Assembly: GCF_030028105.1 (NCBI RefSeq)
Contig: NC_092373.1
Span: 93,884,062-93,948,061 of the forward strand
Source: Mobula birostris
Lineage: Eukaryota
Direction: 5' to 3'
DNA: 64,000 bases
This document shows, one piece after another, positions 60,601-64,000 of the stretch. The stretch's first letter is position 1. Each line of letters begins with the position of its first letter. The position numbers and the translations under genes were made by a program. The notes beneath the pieces were generated by a model. The model saw nothing but the letters and a program-made list of their open reading frames with translations, ran no database searches and was not told the DNA's origin.

Positions 60601-60699
60601 TCAGCAATTTCTAAAGTAAGTACACGCTCAGCACAGCATTGTGGGCCAAAGGGCCTCTATTGTGCTGTAGGTTTTCTATGTTTCTATTTGGATATGCAC

Positions 60700-61040
60700 A
60701 CTTGGAGGATGAGAGCTGACTTGATAGAGGTGTACAACATTATAAGAGGCACAAATCAAGTGGCTAGTCAGAGACTTTATCCTAGTGTGGAAATGGCTAA
60801 TATGAAGGTGTGTAATTGGAGGAAAGTATAAGGGGATGGGAGAAGCAAGTTTCTTTTATATAGAGTGTGGTAGGTATGTGGAACACCCTGTCTAGGGGCA
60901 TTTTAAAAACTCTTAAAGAGGCACATACAAGATAGAAGAATGGAGGGCCATGTACGAGGGAAGGATTAAATTGAAGGTCAGCACAACATCATGAGCTGAA
61001 GGGCCTGTATTGTACTGTAATGTTCTATGCTCCATGTTCT
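60700..61040 (+). mobile_element. CR1 3' fragment
   Basis: RMRADLIEVYNIIRG and CR1 3' UTR/tail. Confidence 0.8.
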
Positions 61041-61425
61041 GCTACTTTTCAGAAAAAAATCTATTTTTCAGAAAACAGAACTATTTCCAGATTTCTGTTC
61101 TGATAAGATTAAGCACAGATACATTGAGCAACAGCAAAACTTAGACGAAATGGGACAGATGAGACTACTTTAACACACAGCATAGGCTTGATATGCTAAG
61201 TGGCCTTATATATTTTAAGAATAGAACAATAGAACTTCTTGCGATACGAAACATAAGATAAAAGTGGAGATTGCTATTGACACTTTGGCAATAAAAGACA
61301 CTACTTTTTTCAGAAGTCTGTGAAAAACAAACATCATACTTAAGCAACAACTATAAAATTGGACCAGGTGCTACACACCTAACTGCTTGCAATGTGCACA
61401 AATATGCAGGCTTCACCCAACTTAC

Positions 61426-61529
61426 CAACTGCATGAGTTGTGCGGCACAGAGGTGTACTTTCCAACCCTGAGCCTTGCAGACAATTCCTTTTTGATTGGC
61501 TATCTCTTGTAGCGTGGGCTTTTTCTCCT
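61426..61529 (-). CDS. SAP130: SAP130 coding exon (third from last)
   Basis: Minus-strand acceptor tttacttctag| and donor |gtaag. Translates (E)EKKPTLQEIANQKGIVCKAQGWKVHLCAAQLMQL, matching my recollection of the conserved SAP130 C-terminal domain. Ends in phase 0. Confidence 0.93.
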
Positions 61530-62841
61530 CTAGAAGTAAAGAGAGAGAAGGCATTAATCCAGGATTACTGTGCAGTGAAGAATAAATCAACCAACCAAAA
61601 CGTTACAAGAGATTTTATGTACTTTCAGAGACAAATACAAGTTGCATTTGATCAGTTAAACTCAAGAACCCTCAAGTGAAAAGAAACAGACTAGGCCTAA
61701 GCACCTTCTAAAATTATAGTCAAAGATCTCCCGAAATCTCGTATCAGAGCATTATTGCTCTCCTAGTTAAAATGTAGAATTGAAAAAAGAATGACATTTA
61801 AATAGCAACTTACATTTTCTGCCCAAAGACTACACAAGCAACAAATTACTTTGGCAGTAATTTTTCACATTTATCGAACATGGCTCAAGTAGCAATTTTA
61901 GTAGAAGGTTGTGTGTTTAAGTCATAGTCCAAGATTTCTAGCCCAACTGAACCTTCTGACCAATGATGGTGGAAAAGGGAGTGTGATGTCTCTGGAGGCA
62001 CTGTTCGTTCTGTATGCAGTTCGTTTTGTACAAATGTCACTTCCTGTTTATAATCTGTATCTACATCATTTCCTTCACAGGTTAATTCAGATTTCAACTT
62101 GAAGCGCACACAGTAGAAAGACATCCATCTCCATCCACTCTTTACTTGCCCTTGAAACAGCAATATCTGAGTCTTAAGCTTTCTTAATATTGGTAAGCAT
62201 TAGTAAATGTACTTTGGAAGTATTAGGTTTATCGTTCATCGTTAAGCTATTGTTTTGCCAGGAGTTCGTTCTAGTCCATGGCATAACTATCTGTGTATAA
62301 CCTTGTTTAACACTGATCAGGATTGACAATATTGGCATATTCAGGCGTATGTCAATTCTGTATTGAATCTAATATGTGTTTTACTTAACTTTTTGAAACC
62401 ACGAAGTTATCATTAAAAACACTGAAGAAAGCTTCTGGCTGGGGTGATTTTTGAGAAGGTCCCTGTCTAGCTTTGTACGCAATGCACTGCAAGGGCAGTA
62501 GAGGGAGCATTTGCATGTAATATGTAATATGTAAGCTTCAATGTCTGTTTCAATGGCTCAAATGGATTTAAGTGGATAAATGATAAATGGACTTGTTTTG
62601 ATAAACATTTACCAAAGTCACCATTCACTGTTTTCTGGGTTCTTGTTCTGCACCCAATAGCTAAACATCTTCCTATTACAGTGTAAAACAAGGTCTACAT
62701 TATACCCCTCATTGTTCAGATGCCAACTGACAAAATTACCAACAATATTAAATGTTTTCACAAGCTAACAGTAGAAGTAAAATGATAAGCATTTACACAG
62801 TTTAGTTTGTGCCTGTAGATGGCAGAATGACAATACAAGTA

Positions 62842-64000
62842 CAGGTGTCCCCAACTTTTCGAATGTTCGCTTTACGAAACCTCACTGTTACGAGAAACCT
62901 ACATTAGTTCCCTGTTTTCGCTAACAGACGGTGTTTTCACTGATACGAAAAAAAGCAGCGCGCGCCCCGAGCAGCCGCTCTCCCCCAGATTCGGAACTGC
63001 ATTCTCACCGGCATTGCTTAAACATGTGCCTGTGAGCAGCCGTTAGCAAGATGAGTTCTAAGGTATCAGAAAAGCCTAAAAGAACTCGTAAGGGTGTTGC
63101 ACTTAGCGTAAAACTAGACATAATTAAGTGTTTCGATTGTGGTGAACAAAGTAAGGACAAAGTGAGTTTGGCTTGTGGAAGTTGACGAAGATGATGTTGA
63201 AGAGGTTTTGGCATCCCATGACCAAAAAACTGATAGATGAAGAGCTGATACAATTGGAAGAGGAAAGGATAACAATTGAAACGGAACGCAGTAGCGAACA
63301 GACCGAAAGTGAAGTAGTCCAGGAACTGAACGTGAAGCAACTGCATGAGATTTTCGCTGCAATGATAAAGTACGACTTTATTTCTGAAAGGGTACGTCGG
63401 TTTAGGGCATATTTGCAAGATGGTTTACAAAGAACTGTATGATAGAAAAATGCGCGAGGCCAGCAGTCAAGCATACTGTCATTTTTCAAACCTTCCACAT
63501 CGCCACAGCTGACGACAAACCTCGATCTTTGACGTCGAGGCAGGCAGAGATAGAAGAAGATGACCTGCCTGCCCTGATCGACGATGAGATGACACCCCTA
63601 TGTCCCACCACCTCAGTGGCCGCGCGCGGACAGATACCGATCCGCGGAGAATGCAGCGGTAGCCGGGAGGCACTCAGCACGTCTTTAAGAAAAAAAGCTG
63701 AAATAAACAAGCTAATTAATTAGGTGCCGCCCGGCACGTAAATGTCGATTCGCCTCTGATCTGGGCCGATATTTACGTGCCGGGCAGCACCTAATTAACT
63801 AGCTTGTTTATTTCAGCTTTTTTTCTTAAAGATATGCTGGATGCGTCCCGGCTACTGATGTACCTCTACATGCTTCGCGGATCGGTATCAGTTCACTGTC
63901 CAGAGGGTGGGGGCCACTGCACCACCCCAACCTTCGCCAACTCAACCTAACACACCATCACCAGTGTGCTCGGCGCTGTCCCAATTCCGGTAAGTGATAC
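62842..64000 (+). mobile_element. Tigger/pogo-like internally deleted DNA transposon (runs off the window end)
   Basis: TA|CAGGTGTCCCC terminus; HTH-psq-like N-terminus MSSKVSEKPKRTRKGVALSVKLDIIKCFDCGE joined to an acidic C-terminus (EDDVEEVLASHD..LIDEELIQLEEE); the DDE domain is missing. Confidence 0.82.
63633..63889. repeat. Long internal palindrome of the Tigger-like element
   Basis: About 91-bp arms 63657-63747 / 63767-63857, with further outer pairing gataccgatccgcgga / ttcgcggatcggtatc. Confidence 0.9.

Larger units (their letters stand above)
56020..60687 (+). mobile_element. Near full-length CR1 ORF2 (endonuclease + RT), disrupted and interrupted at 56241-57998
   Basis: YFNVKSIMNKGDELRAWI..YDVVAITESW, FYRPP, GDSDHNSISF, EVLNEYFASVFT, KFADDT, LEYCAQFWSP; CR1 tail. 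Confidence 0.92.

Noticed and set aside
61351-61590. Stand-alone 79-aa ORF
   Set aside because: It is SAP130 exon 61426-61529 read through into the flanking intron.
61885-62163. Upstream SAP130 exon
   Set aside because: The translation does not resemble the expected upstream SAP130 segment (…HHFQRYSDVRVK) and I found no convincing splice sites; that exon probably lies beyond position 64000.
1-64000. CRISPR array, rRNA or prokaryotic defence system
   Set aside because: No regularly spaced direct repeats with unique spacers, no rRNA-like sequence and no operon structure; the DNA is intron- and TE-rich vertebrate sequence.

Overview
Eukaryotic (vertebrate) genomic DNA, most likely from a cartilaginous fish (ray/shark); this is inferred from the repeat content (CR1/HER1-like LINEs, HE1-like V-SINEs, Penelope-like termini, Rex1 LINEs). 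The only host protein-coding gene I can support is SAP130 (Sin3A-associated protein 130) on the minus strand. Its last three coding exons are at 61426-61529, 52629-52742 and 44793-44951, followed by a 3' UTR to about 43460. A CpG-rich promoter region at about 4450-5970 (YY1, ETS, CTCF-like, CRE and RFX X-box motifs) probably starts the next minus-strand gene; AMMECR1L would be expected from human synteny, but none of its coding sequence is visible here. The rest is mainly nested transposable elements: CR1s of several ages, RTE, Rex1, Penelope-like elements (PLEs), Tc1, a Tigger-like element, a hAT Buster/Charlie fossil, and SINEs. The most notable signals are: (1) short PLE-terminus insertions with minimal hammerhead-ribozyme cores, repeatedly built as inverted hairpins with target-site duplications (TSDs); (2) an atypical CR1 that may be horizontally acquired and hosts many nested insertions; (3) a CR1 fused to a CCAAT-box array; (4) a candidate in-frame alternative last exon for SAP130; (5) long palindromes. 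There are no CRISPR arrays or prokaryotic systems, and most ORFs in the supplied track are TE fragments or spurious.
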